Origin: Priapulus caudatus
Taxonomy: Eukaryota
Assembly (NCBI RefSeq): GCF_000485595.1
Contig: NW_014577061.1
Location: forward strand, 826,365-890,364
Direction of reading: 5' to 3'
DNA: 64,000 nucleotides
This document shows positions 35,380-49,072 of the stretch, in pieces. A program made the translations under genes and the position numbers. Under the pieces are notes generated by a model, which worked only from the letters and a program-made list of their open reading frames with translations, searched no databases and was not told the DNA's origin. Each line of letters begins with the position of its first letter. The stretch's first letter is position 1.

Positions 35380-38300
35380 AGCGCCCGACTACTGCCTCAT
35401 CTTACTACTTCGGCTGCTGTAATCCTGTTCACACTCCCATCTTAACTGCTCTAATCATCCCAACGCTCTGACTTACGAAGTGCATCTTCACCTCCAGTCA
35501 AGGCCCCTTTTCTCCCTTAACCGATTTCCCTGGTCACGGCAGGGCATCTTTCCTGTAGCTCCTGCTCCGTTTTCCGGGGATCACTATTGCAGAGATCATT
35601 ATTGCCAAATACCAGTCCCATCCACCAGTTTCTCTCAAGAGCGTCCGCGCATCGAGTACAAGGCACATCCGGCCGCTTGTTGCGCTCGGCCTGTTGGCGA
35701 CAAACGGTATCCATACCCTGACCAGCGTGAAGAACTGAACAAGAAGATGGGGCTAAGTGCTGACCCTGGTCAGACGAACCACCTTCAACAGATCGAATGC
35801 CTGTTGTGTCTCCAACACGCTGGTCTCACTGTATGTCTTTTGATGCCTTTGTAAGCATTTCTTGTACTATAATTCTCACTATCTACTCGCATTCAACTGC
35901 CCTTTTTTTTCCTCCAAACACTATCATACACACCCGACTTCCGATTGGGGCAATGCGCCGTACCAGCTTTATATTGGGGGGGGGGGGGTTCCGTTTTTCA
36001 ATATGTGGCAAATGCTTGCCTGCGCAGGGGCCGTGTAGCATGAGTTTGTAACCAGGCGTCTGGGTCTGACGAACCGTAATAACCCACCAGTTGCGAGCAA
36101 CGCGAAAGGGGGGGGTCTTGCGACCCCCGCCCCTGTACACCACCTCGCCCCGCCTGCTCGGCGCCGATACGCGCCGATTAGCGACCCAAGGCAGGGAGCC
36201 AAGCTACTCGAGCGGGGGGGAGGGCTGTGGGAGGGGTGTCACTGTTCACAGACGCCTCCCGTCCCCGGATGAGATTTTCAAGTTTTACACCTAAAATGTA
36301 GCAACGCTGAGAGTCGAAATTCCGTTCGCGCGCAAATTTTCAATAATTATTAATGTTTTTTGCATTTGGGGAGGGCCTCGGGGGGGTTCGCATATCTGAA
36401 CCCCCCGGAACCCCCGCTCTGGCTGAGCGGCCTGTACATTAGGCACCCTCTGGTCGTACGCATTTCCCTCTACTATCCGTAGGGAAAGTAAGCAAATACC
36501 TGAAGTATATTTTCCCTGCGCGTCAAGCTCTTTCGCTTGGCACTTGAGCCTCATATAAAAATGGCATCCACGTGTACTCTTCACCTTTCATGAAACCCAA
36601 TACTGTATTCATCTTCATCATGCACTCTCTTCCCTTAGCCTGCATCAATTAATCTTTTGCCACGTATGCTTCAAACANNNNNNNNNNNNNNNNNNNNNNN
36701 NNTGCTGTCCTTATTCTATCCGCAATTTCAACTTCGCATCCTCCTGCCTCCGTCGTCGCTTCCAAGTGCTTGAATTTGTTCACCTGCCTCATCTCTACTT
36801 CGGTGCTGTATCCGTTCACCTCCCATCTTACTGCTTATCATCACCTCTGACTTACGTGCATTTACTCTCAGCCCTTCTCCCTGTAACCTTTCCTGTCACT
36901 GCAGCATTCTTTCCTGTAGCTCCTCTTCAGTTTCCGCCACTATTGCAAGATCATTTGCAAATAACAGCTCCCATCCACCAGTTTCTCTCAGCTCCGCGCT
37001 CAGTACATCCATCACCAGAATGAACAGAAAGGGGCTAAGTGCTGACCCCTGGTGCAGACCCACCTTCACATTAAATACTGTTGTCTTCAAACGCTGTTCT
37101 CACTGTAGTTTTTGATTCTTTGTACATTTCTTCTATAATTCTCACTATCCACTCCATCACTCCTTTTTTTCTCAAACACCAATATACCACTTCTATTGGC
37201 ACTCTGTCGTACGCTTTCTCTATATCTAGAAATGCGTAGAAAATCCTGTTGTTCCCCTCCAACCTCTTCTCTTGCACTTGCCTCATTATAAAAATAGCAT
37301 CCACTGTACTCTTCCCTTTCATGAAACCATACTGTATTTCATCTATATGCACTTCTTCCCTTAGCCTGCCATCAATTATTCTTTCCAGTATCTTCATTAC
37401 CTGCTCCATAAGCTTGATTCCTCTATAATTACCACACTCCAAGTTTCCATTCTGCTTGAAAATAGGCACACTACTCCTCCAATCTTCCGATATTTTGTTT
37501 GTCTCCATGATCTTTCTCACCAATTGCAGAATCCAGTCCACTCCATCATCTCCCAAACATTTCACCATTTTTGCCGCAACCTCAGATGGTCCCGTCGATT
37601 CTCCATTTTTTATCTTCTTTACCGCCCATACCACATCCTCTCTCTGTAATCCTATTACTGGGCCATGCACTGCCATAACATGTTCCATATCCTCCTTTGC
37701 ATTTTCCACATTCAACAATTCACTAAAATATCCCTTCCATCTCTCTCTCTAGTTTCTTCTTCACCTGTCACTATATTTTCTTCTCTATCCTTTTTCACTC
37801 ATATTTGCGTGATCCTTTCTTATCCTACCTCTATCTCTGGCAGTCCTATATATCTTCTTTCCCGCTTCACTTGTTTCCAATTCTTCCTACCATATTCTCG
37901 TCTCATCCCATTTCGCTTTTGCTACCTTCCTTGTACCCTCTCTGCACAGCTCCCTATATATACACCAGCCTGTTTTCTTGACGTCTATTTCTTTTCCAGA
38001 TCTTAAACGCTCTTTTTTTCCTCTCGAGTAGCTCTTGAATTTGATCTCTCCACTACCAAGTCTCCTTTTAATCACCCCTCTTTTTCTCAGTACGGCCCAC
38101 CACTTCCTCTGATGCTGCCACAAGTGTGCTCTTCATCTGCTCCCCCCCCCACTGCTCCTCTACGCAATACTCAATGTCCTCCCGCAACAACTCCATGTTG
38201 TCTCCTCCTCCTGACACTCTCGCTAAACTCGCCCACTTTATCTTCCTTCAGCTTACATAGTCTGATCTTTGGTCTTCTCGTATCTCTCTTTCCCTCCTCA

Positions 38301-38630
38301 TGTCTCTACTTTATGTCAGCAACAACCACCCTGTGCTGCTTCACACATGCCTCTCCAGGTGTAACTTTGCAGTTCTTAACTAGTGTCCTGTCTCCTTTCC
38401 TCACCAGTATGTAATCGACTTGGCTTGCTCTTCCTCCACTTCTATATGATATCAAATGCTCGTCTCTCTTCATAAATCCGGTATTTGTACAGAACAACTC
38501 CCAAGCTTTGCGCCATTTCCAATATTCTTTCTCCTTCCTCATTTCTGCCTCCAACCCATATCCACCATGTTCTTTTGTGTACCCCGCCACCTCCAATCCG
38601 ACATGCCCATTCACGTCTGCTCCCACTATT
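35380..38630 (-). mobile_element. Decayed RTE-clade LINE (APE endonuclease plus reverse transcriptase)
   Basis: GADVNGHVG..NTGFMKRDEHLISYRSGGRASQVDYILVR; CGNYRGIKLM..QYGFMKGKSTVDAIF..FLDIEKAYDRVP; VGLHQGSALSPFLFILVMD..LLFANDL. Frameshifted, with a second degenerate RT piece at 35380-35930. Confidence 0.9.
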
Positions 38631-38653
38631 AAGCTCTCTCTCTCTCTCTCTCG

Positions 38654-38700
<47 letters not shown>

Positions 38701-38807
38701 GCGCGCGCGCTCTCTCTCTNNNNNNNNNNATATATATAGTGTATTCATTCTTAATGAGTCCTTCTAAATCGAGATATTTTACTATGTTATTTCATTTTGA
38801 ATTTCAG

Positions 38808-38970
38808 ATTTTCCAATGATCTTGAAACAATGGTGGGTAAAAAGCCAGGGCTCTATTGGAATATGACATGGAGGTTTTTCAGCCCCGCAATCATGGTTGT
38901 TGTGTTCGTGGCAAGCATTATCAGCATATCGCTTAACCAAATGACCTACAGTGCCTATAATACAACAATG
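38808..38970 (+). CDS. SLC6 copy B exon 8 (TM11)
   Basis: tttcag acceptor; (Q)FSNDLETMVGKKPGLYW...YSAYNTTM; GTATGT donor. Confidence 0.93.
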
Positions 38971-39260
38971 GTATGTGTACATCTCTGAAGGTCAAACCGG
39001 TCACTCAAGGGTAATGTCAAAAGATGCATTCATAAACAGGTGACTGTCTTTGAAGGTGGTCTCACTGTATAATTGCCATTCAAGGAAATTGTTAAATGAA
39101 TCCCTTTCAGACAAGTAGTAAGACTGTATCAGTTCTTCTAATGTGATAACCCACATGACTTCTTTGCCATCTTAATCCTATCAGTTGATATCAGTTTAAT
39201 CCTAAACGTAGAACTACAAATGCATTTTTTTGTTAAAATTCATACATTTGTTTTTCACAG

Positions 39261-39500
39261 GCCATGGTGGAGGAGAAGCCTTACCCTGTATCAGTGGTTG
39301 TGTTTTCGGTCTTGCTTGCCCTGTCCAGCTGTATTCCTATACCACTGGTTGCCGTGCTGCGCTTCTTCAATATCATGAAAGTGGAATCGAATATACCAGT
39401 CAGTGTGAAGCGATTGAACACAACGCAGTCGACCGCGGCCATAGTGGGGGGAGAAAACACGTTCGAATACTACGATGATGACTTGGAAGAAAATTACTAG
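39261..39500 (+). CDS. SLC6 copy B terminal exon 9 (TM12, stop)
   Basis: cacag acceptor; AMVEEKPYPVSVVVFSVLLALSSCIPIP...ENY TAG. The nine exons sum to 1974 nt, i.e. 657 aa plus stop. Confidence 0.93.
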   Translation, partial: AMVEEKPYPVSVVVFSVLLALSSCIPIPLVAVLRFFNIMKVESNIPVSVKRLNTTQSTAAIVGGENTFEYYDDDLEENY

Positions 39501-42500
39501 GTAAGATTTCATAGATGTTTCCATTTTGCGTGTATCAATAAGGAGTATATGCCACATTTGTCTATTTTTGCCAGCCAGTGATTCCATGATAGAGCCATCC
39601 CACTCGGCAATGTAAAAATGGACCTGTAGCAGATCATTGTTTAAATTACTTCCGTAGCCTCACCACTTACAGAAGAGCACATAGGCCATTGATGAAACCT
39701 CTCCATGCAGGGCATCCCATCCAGCGCATTCCTGTCCAGCTTATTTCACCCCATGCCAATATTCTTGGCATCTGCCTCCATCTTTCCTCTCCAGGTATTG
39801 TGTAGGTTTTCATTTCCCCCCCTTTCCTTTTCATTGTGGCTTCCAGAATAAAAATTCCCCGGGCGAGGGATTAATAGTAGGTGTGACTTATCAAGCTCCA
39901 TCTTCAAATCTCTTTCACTGACACTTGGTTGGTTTACCCCCAAAGGTCGATGTAACTGACATTGTCTGTCCAAGAACTCAATTCTTATCCGAAGGATATA
40001 TCTCACGCACTCGTTGCCAAAGATTTTGGTGTGCGTATTTTATTGCTATTGTCATCTCTAACGTTTCTGAGCCGCAGAGAAGTAGTAGCTTGACTCTTTA
40101 ATTTAAACTTCAGAACGTCGTTTGCGTATTTCTCAAAGTTCCATATGTTCCTCATAATTTATGCCAATGTTTTTTTAATTCTGTTCTCATCGTCCTCATT
40201 GGTTCCGATTTGCTTGCTGATTACACCAGAGGACTGGAATTTCAACACTCCACAATGGGTGTAGTTCTCACTTGCCACGTCGCGTTTAAAATTAGCTAGT
40301 AATACAAAAGAAATTATGTGACTCGTGTAGCTTGTTTGCCCCACTTATTAGTTCCATGTTGTGCATGTATACCTCCTTTTTCGTACATCGTGAGTACTCG
40401 TGATTACTAATTTTTACTATTCTGCTCCTCAAACTTTCTGTGGCACACTGAAATTTCTGGTTAAATCTAAAGGCACAGTTGTCATGTCCTAAAAATAATT
40501 AAAGTTCCACACCCTGCACTGCATAGGTAGATAAAGGAGCTGACGTCCTCCTATGACTAATCTGTGATGTTAGAAATATCTGTTTATTCTATTTAAGAAG
40601 TTACGTAAAGGTACTGTATGTAGTATCTTATCCCAGATTCAGTAGCGATAATTTACTAATTTCGTATGGTTGAGTTTCTGTATCCCGAGTTTAGTAAGCA
40701 TATAATTCACAAATTGTGTGAGGGCAAATTTCCTTAACTCGAGTTTCCATAACATGGTGTTACTGTAAACCCGTTCCGTGTTTCTTTTGGCTGCTTCCAC
40801 TTCTCTCTCAGGGTTATCACAAATATCTTTCTATCAGCTCTCATGTTACCCCTCATTGTTCTATTTCCGTTGCATCATTTTCCTGTGCTCTTGCTTTCTC
40901 TTGCACGGTATTAGGTGTTATGGTTATCAGCTAGAGTTGATAATTCAACGATTTTTTTTCAGAATGGTGGATGTGCAGTAAAATTGCGTTTAAACCTGCG
41001 CCTAACAGATTTTGTTTATGACAATAACACTGCTACGCACAATTCAATTTCAGGCGTAAGAAGGCTGTCAATATGTTGAAGCTACAAGCTGCTAAGTTTA
41101 AACATATGTTGTGCAAAATATAGTACAATACAGTGATGATAGCTTAGCGCTACTGGTTTCCAGTATCTCTAGGAGCCCTATATTGCCTAAGAGTAATTGA
41201 AACGTGTGAAGAAAGGTTTACACATCAACACTGAAGGCATAAAAGTTATTGCGACGTCATCGGAATCTCAGTTTGTAGAGCTATACATTTAAGTATAATG
41301 TTAGCGTTTTATAAATTCATGAAAGTAATAATTGTATGCAAAAATTCATATCTATGAGGTATGTTTATTGTAGGATCTCAACTACTGCACGTAGGCCTAC
41401 ATAACCGTGCACTTTGCAAAGGATAACGGAGGTATGGTATGACACACATGGTACTAGGTCATGCTATGCATGCTATTAGTATATATATGATATATATGTG
41501 ATGTTGCGGGCTAATATGCCAATGCGGAAAATAAGTATGTTATTCTTCTATATCTTTGATGTAAAGAACGCTTGAAATGGCTTATAATAATGTATTACAC
41601 CGTGGACAAGGTTCTTAGCAAGTATTGAAAAGATACTAAGACGGTGGAAGCAATAATAATAGTAATGAAAAGAATTAGTAAGCTTGTTGGATAACGGAGC
41701 TTGACTGCTTACGTACAAATTTGTTGGGCGTATGATGATATCAGGAGAACATAAAGCGCCGATTGGTAGTTTGAAGTAGTAAGGCAAAGTTAGTAGAAAT
41801 GTCATGGTGGCAGTTGGATGATTTGGATATATATTATATATATATATATATATATGTATAAGTTTATATTGAACACGCGAATATATTTCTTTGTATTCCT
41901 CGCAGGTCTAATTTTGGAGCTTGGTAATTTAAGCTTCATAAAAAAGCCGCGCTCGAGTATATATACCCAATTGCACGAAGTTGTTTTGATACGGCAACTA
42001 AATTAAAGCGTGTGGCAATTATTTCATGGTTGTGTTCTTGCTTAGGGCAGGTTCTTAACATGTGTCCATAGACCGGCCCTTTGCGGTCGGCGTGAATGGG
42101 GCTTCCAGGGGTCCGTGAACGCAGGCGCCTGAAAATTATTTAATAAATTTAGGTTCGAGCTAGCTGCTTATGTGCACTTTGCTGGAGAGGGTCCGTAGCT
42201 TTCACAATTTCAAAGGGGGTCGCATGAACTGCAAAAAAGGTTAAAATAGAAGACGGCACTGTTCTAAGAGCTTTTTTCATCTCGGGTGTGTAATAGCGGG
42301 GCGAAGCCATATCTATGGTTTGTAGACTATTGCTGATTGGCATAAGATTGAAAGTAAATTGTTATTTGAGCAAATGTCAATCTAGTGTGTGTCAATTGTT
42401 TATTCGCTTCATATATGCTGGCCTCAATTTGATTTATATCCATACAGAGTATTGTGTAATACTGCCGGCGCGTATTGGTTCAACGCTTCCCGTGGGCTCT

Positions 42501-45084
42501 GTCGCAAACAGATACCCACAATTTACAATACACAGTAATCTATCATATTACAATAATGTCATAATGTAATATAATGCATTTAATGGGCCATTTTACATTA
42601 ATGAAGGCATCTTATGCCATCACTGGACTTGTTATAAAGATATTATCTCACATTATTACAATCGTGACAACTCGTATATGTCACCATGACACTTACCATT
42701 TCTGCTATGAAACATATTTTAAGTCACACTACGCTAGATTAGAGGTATGTGTCTAGTGACATATATACATATCATGTCAAACTCGTCACAAGTTGTTTCG
42801 CAATCAACGTTTAATCCCGGTAACTTAATGACTTGGTCAGACTCATTACTAGTCACGTAATGACTTATCACATGCGACATTTGTTGTTACACAAACCAGT
42901 TAGACATATATGCTACAGCACTACGCTTTGTGTGATTTGCGCGCTGTGTAATTTCACGGTGAAAGGTAAATGTGATATCTCTAGCACAGGTGGAGGTTTC
43001 TTTACAATGTAAGAATATTTAACATTTTAACACATATGGCCCTATAAGCTTATGATACGTCAACGAAATAATAGTTAATAATTTGAGGGACCGAAAACTT
43101 CTATGTGACGACTTGAAGAACGTCTTAAATATTACATTTTCTAATGAACCAAACGTTTATTCGGAGTAAGGATGCGTAATATAATTTTAGGTATACAGTT
43201 TTTATTGGTGTTTGATATGTCAATTTCTGTGATTTCTTTGCTATAACTAACTTATAAAAATGTGTGCTTCACTAACATTTCTGCTGTCACAAGATGATAA
43301 ATAGTGATTCGACAATCTTCAGTTGTCTACTAATTACAGTATTGCTATAACTATGATGAATTAATCAATATAATATACAGCCGACCCTGTATATAGGGGT
43401 CGTGTAAGATAAATCTTATGAGCGTCTTTTACAGACAGGTGTCCGTTCTCTAGTGGTGTCCGCTACCACAGATGTGACTGTACATTAATATGAAATTTGG
43501 GTGAATTTTTTGGCTGTTGACTAAATGTTTAACCATGTAAACTGATACACGTTATTAATATATTATATATTTAATAATTTATGCTTCTTGTTTAGGGTTA
43601 TTATGTTGTATTTTTACATCACGATACAGTTATTAGGTGTGCTATAGAAAAAAGTTCAGAACATCAATAATATCAACAAATACCCTATGTGTAGTTTGAC
43701 ATTCATTAATTAATTAATATGTTATAGAGACAGATAAAGATTGTTAGACATAATTATGTAAGATGCATTGGATCACTAAACGGGCGTTGCTAACCCATCA
43801 GGGCCGTACGTAGGCTGAGCAAATTCCTAGGAGGGGATGGGGGCTAAATTTCATGACAACTGTGTAATGATGAGCGACGGGCGCAGCTCTTGATCGAAGT
43901 CCATAATGTGGTAGGGGTACGTGGGTCTGAGACAAGGCTTTCGCGGATAAGTGACCAACTAAATCACGTTAGGGTTATTTACGATTATTAGCTAATAATA
44001 GAATTAGCTAATTATAAGTTGATTTTTTTATTTTGCTCCAAAAAGGGGGGCAGCTGCCCCCCAGAGGCTACCGTGACCCTGCTCATTTTACATTGAAGGA
44101 GGGGGCGGCAAATGATCGCGAATGTTGCGTGTGGATATAGTGATATTGAATGTTGATATTTGGTTATAACTGATGTCTTTTTGTATGCTCACGTCGTGAG
44201 TATAAGCTCATGTCAAGTACGGTGATATCACCAAACACCGTATGGCGTTGTGCTGGTATCACTCATATCGCGCTCATATCTCTAGCATATCATGTTAGAC
44301 TAGTGACAAGTGCTAATAGCTTTATAGTTACTTAATATAATACAAGTTAGATTAAAGTAAGATTTCTTTTATATACGCATGCACAGTGGTGAAATATAAT
44401 AAGATAAGATAAGATGGCTTAGGTGTGGGTTCTATAATTTATTGAAATTCATTTAATGCATTGTCATTTTTCATTTACACGTTTATTTGGCCAACGTGCC
44501 CACGTGTAGTCATAGACCAAGAATATTTGTAGTCTATGGAGTGGTTTCGACGTCCTATCGATACGCCGCATGGATTGCCAGCCGTGGTAAAGTTATTTGG
44601 GTGTTTAAAACCGACACTAGAGGCCGCTTCAACGTTAGAAATAATGTCAGACCAATGATCTCTACTATATACTAACGTTACTATACGTTAGTATAGTAGA
44701 AATCATATAGTGACATGCGGTCGTTGGCATTTCACCACGTAGATAATATTCTCCTATATTTAATTTGTTTTTTGTTGATTGTGTAAACTTCCTTATAAAT
44801 TAATTTAAGTTATTAGTGAGGTTACAATACAATTCCATTTGAGAAATAATTTCTAAAACAATGAAAACGTACTCAGTTTTAGTGTTGGCAAGATGCCCAC
44901 AGTTTTTGGCATAACGCCAACGCCGCGCAGTGCCACGAGGTCGCCAGACAATAATATGCTAGTGCTAGACATCGTTTGGCTGAGCATCGATAGCAAGCCA
45001 CCTCTGTGTCAATGCTTCGTAGACCGTGGATGCATATAAATTTATATAAATATAACATATATATGGTAGCAACCCATTGACACA

Positions 45085-45343
45085 ATGAGTAAAACAAAGA
45101 CTGATTTCAACCTGCAAGACCTCCAAGTGGAAATGAGTCCGATGACTCCTGACAAAGAAGGCAGTGAATTTGGCAGTGAGCTTGGAGATCTGTCTGTTGT
45201 TACTTTACAAATCCCGGGGCCTGAAGGCGAGGAAAGAGCAGCATGGGACAGCAAAGTCCAATTTCTTCTTTCAGTCATCGGTTACGCCGTTGGACTAGGA
45301 AACATATGGAGGTTTCCGTATCTTTGCCAACAAAATGGAGGAG
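45085..45343 (+). CDS. SLC6 copy C exon 1 (divergent paralogue)
   Basis: MSKTK...[38 protein letters not shown]; same phase-1 GTAACA donor as copy B. Confidence 0.92.
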
Positions 45344-46105
45344 GTAACATACTACTAGTAGTACTACTAGTACTAATGCACAATACACACAATACATCAC
45401 AATCACTGATCTCTACTAGTACTATACTAACGTACTACTAGTACTAGTATTATTTATTTACAAACATTAACATTTCCATTGTTTCAGGCCTAATTAATTG
45501 CCATTACTATTAGTATTACTAGTAATAATAGTATATGGGGCTGGAATTGTAGTCTTATACCAATAAAGCGTAGTGTGTCCTCTCGTAGATCGAAATTGCG
45601 AATGCCACCAATAAATCCCAACGCGATTATTAATATTATGAAGCCAATTTTCGAGTGAAAATGTTCTGCTGATGACGTTTTATTGTGTGCATAATATATG
45701 GGCTACATTAGGACTACTTAATAAATTTGTGAAAGCAAAGATATTTGTGTACATATTGTACGCGTTCATTGTTGAGACCCATATACATCTATAATAATAA
45801 TATGCAGACAAAGGTCAATTAGTGGTCATAATGAACTTGAACTTTGAAGGTCACTTGAGCAGTGGAGGTGACCAGTAACTGAAATTCAAGGGCTTTCAAA
45901 AACAAGCTAGAAAGACTGTAATTATAAACACAAGTTTAGTGTGTGTGGTGCATTCATAACATTTCTAAAATAATTTTAAAAACCATTTTAAATGATTTAA
46001 AGAATTTTGAATTGGAAATGGAGATAAAATAGACTTGTGACGTATTACTGATAGACTCAGTGTGTATATAGTATAATATATATGTATCAGTTATACATAT
46101 ATTAT

Positions 46106-46147
46106 CAGGAGTTAATTAAGACAAAATTTTGTCTTTATTAACTCCTG
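46106..46147. mobile_element. CAGGAGT-family micro-element
   Basis: 42-bp palindrome with one mismatch; TSD ATATTAT. Confidence 0.75.
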
Positions 46148-46186
46148 ATATTATTGAATCAATGATAGTTTGAGACCTCGCAAACG

Positions 46187-46572
46187 CAGGGTGCGAAATT
46201 AACGCGAGTCCGGAGTCAAATACTCCCTGATTTATTGTCGGACTCCCTGATTTGACATATGCAGAGTTTGTGTGACTCCCTGAAAATTCTGCTATATACT
46301 AACTAGTTTGTTCCAGAGCACGACCTCGCGAAATTACTGTATTTTTTCAGCAAATGTCCAAAGAAATTTTTGCAGATGTGCAACCGCATGAATCTTCAAA
46401 ATAAGCACATGCATTATTGTTAATATCTTTAGTTTTGAACTTCAAACTGCGGACTCCCTTATTTTGCTGCGGACTCCCTTATTTTGCTGCGAACTCCCTT
46501 ATTTTGCTGCGGACTCCCTCTGTTTGAGGGCAGGGTTGGACTCCCTGGTTCAAAAGTTAATTTCTACCCCTG
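46187..46572. mobile_element. hAT-like MITE with 20-bp internal tandem repeats
   Basis: TIR CAGGGTGCGAAATTAAC / GTTAATTTCTACCCCTG; flanking CAAACG duplication; GCGGACTCCCTTATTTTGCT about three times. Confidence 0.7.
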
Positions 46573-46690
46573 CAAACGTGTTTTCGCATATATGTGCTAA
46601 CCTAACCCGGGGTGCTAAACTAGGCTTGTGCCCATATATCTATGTATAAGAACATATAACAGGTGTGACCCTATCCATTCCCAGTACACC

Positions 46691-47597
46691 AACTAGAAAC
46701 GAGCAGTTGTCGCCAACTACATGTATCCCCCGTGATCTAGTATGAATGGAATATCTCTGTAACTTGTAAGGACGTAGAAGGCAGGTAAAGTTAAATAAGT
46801 CACAAAGACAAAGGTTTGTTAGACAACTGGTCTGCCTCAGATGTGCAAGTATATATGGAATCTGGTTACCCTAGGAGGCCGAAGAGGAAATGTAAGTTGA
46901 CGGTCAAGGTCAAACTAAGGTCAAGGGCAGTGGTGGTTTTGGTATGCGACAGACCTTCTCCCCAAGATGTGTAAGCATACCAAGTTTGGTAGCGCTAGGT
47001 CAATTAGAGGCCGAGTTACAGAGCGGAAGGGAAATATGATGAAGGTCAAGGTAAAGGTGAAATGAAGGTCGCAGTGACCTGGTTTTGATACTGTGCACAC
47101 CTTCTCCCCAAGATGCCAAGGTGCGTTATGGTAAAGCGAAGACGCCAATCGTTTTTGGTGTGGGCGGAGTCATCGTTGCCATGGTAACAACATTTTTGTG
47201 GAAATATTGTTGAACCTGTAACTTGTGCTGTTTTTACCCGATTGTCATGGAATTTGGCACACAGGGCCGATATAACATGTCCTATATATATATATATATG
47301 TATATATTGGTCCTGTGTGCCAAATTTCATGCCAATCGGGTAAAAACTGCAGAAGTTACAGGTTCTAGAATATTTCGACAAAAAATGTTGTTACCATGGC
47401 AACGATGACTCCGCCCCCACACCAAAAACGATTGACATCTTCGCTTTACGATAACGCACCTTCATGCGAAATTTGAAGATGATCCGAGAAGAACTGCAGC
47501 CGGTAGAGCGCTCACAAGGAAATCTCTGCGGCGGCGGCGGCGGCGCGACGAGGCCAAATCCATAGTATCCTCCCGAACTCGTTCGGGGGATACAATT
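46691..47597 (-). mobile_element. Helentron-type (HINE-like) element with an internal ~340-bp inverted repeat; related fragment at ~1960-2287
   Basis: AACTAGA end with hairpin and TATCCCCC subterminal motif; opposite end TATCCTCCCGAAC..GTTCGGGGGATAC; 47121-47275 is inverted against 47303-47460. Confidence 0.65.
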
Positions 47598-47681
47598 AGG
47601 CCTACCATACATGTTCTTATTTTATTTTTTTCAAATTTTTGGCTGCATGCTAAGCTTTTATGTGATTATTTGTTTACCCTA

Positions 47682-47900
47682 TTTTTAGCTCATCTGACAT
47701 AGTCAGATGCAGCTTGTATTGTAGAATCGCATGATTGTCCGTGCGTCCGTCCGTGCGTCCGTGCGTCCGTCCGTCAACAGTTGGGCACAAATCTTAACCG
47801 CTCGACGTACGGTCACGATATTCGGGGCGTCAGGGGTGATCGTGAAAAGGACTCGGGATGACGAATTTGGGGGGTCAAGGGTCAAAGGTCAAGAGGTGTA
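47682..47900 (+). mobile_element. HINE-like element 5' end (similar one at 57912-58260)
   Basis: TTTTTAGCTCA...AGCT subterminal hairpin followed by a (CGTC)n microsatellite. Confidence 0.65.
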
Positions 47901-48608
47901 NNNNNNNNNNCCGATAAAATGTGCTTGAAAAGTCCTTAAAAAGTCCTTGGAAAAAATTTCAGTCCTCCTGTATGAACCATAAGGTAAACAAAAGCAATTT
48001 ACTGTATTTCACTATGAATCATCTGAATATTTTTTTTATAGAAATTATCACTGAAAGAAAATATGTTGAAATAACAAAGTATGCACAGATAAAGTGATTC
48101 GTGTCATATTTTTGCTATCATATATGTATACTTATCGTATATATATATATAGTTATATATATCTGGTTTACCCTTTGTTTAATGTGCCATATTTTTGGAA
48201 TAACCAGTCAGTCTTATAGTTATAGCTCCTTCAATTGACAAAACATTTAGTTGCTACCTTGGTGGTCGTTGACAAGTTGACTTTCATAAAACTGGCCTAA
48301 TAATAGGTCTGACTATATATAATATGACTCGATGTGGATTTTAACCGCTAGATAATCGCAGTTTATATCATAATTCTGTAACAATGCTTTCTAAATGAAT
48401 TAATATTCAATTAGCACACATGTACGATTGGCTGGTGTTCTGTCAATCGAGATCTTATTTTATGTACCTGAACATTTTTTATAATAAAATATTACAAAAA
48501 TTAGCTGCCGATTTTCACTTCTATGTAGAGGATGGTTTTGAAAATGGTGTGCAGGCCTGTGTGTGTCTCTTCTGTACTTTTAAAACAGTTTTGTTTAATT
48601 ATTTCTAG

Positions 48609-49072
48609 GTGCCTTTTTGATACCATACTTCATCATGTTGATCATTGAGGGTATTCCACTTCAGTATATAGAGCTTGGAATTGGACAGAAGCTACGCAAA
48701 GGCAGTATAGGAGTTTGGAATGAAATTCACCCGTTTCTGGGAGGAGTTGGAATCTCAAGTACCATTACAGGTTTCTTGGTGGGGACGTACTATAACGTCA
48801 TCATAGCTTGGTGTCTGTATTTCCTGTTTAATTCATTCAGAAAACAGCTGCCATGGGCAGAGTGTCCAGTTGACAGTAGTAACAATAACACAGTTGTGCA
48901 CGAGTGCCATATCAGCTCATCAACGTCATACTATTGGTACCGAAATGCATTGAACATATCGCCATCGATTGGAGAGTTTGGTGGAATGCAGTGGAAGATG
49001 GTTGGCTGCCTGTGTCTGGCCTGGACAATTGTCTTTGTCTGCATGATGAGGGGAATCAAGTCAGCAGGAAAG
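48609..49072 (+). CDS. SLC6 copy C exon 2
   Basis: ttctag acceptor; GAFLIPYFIMLIIEGIPLQYIELGIGQ...MRGIKSAGK; GTATGT donor; 464 nt like copy B. No later exons recognised in the window. Confidence 0.92.

Noticed and set aside
40850..42700. Apparent local hyper-divergence between the A and B downstream copies
   Set aside because: Differences are mostly scattered 1-bp indels bounded by near-identical sequence, which is typical of unpolished long-read sequence.
44653..44708. CAATGATCTCTACTAT...ATAGTAGAAATCAT hairpin as a P-like micro-element
   Set aside because: The hairpin is real, but the right terminus and TSD are not clean.
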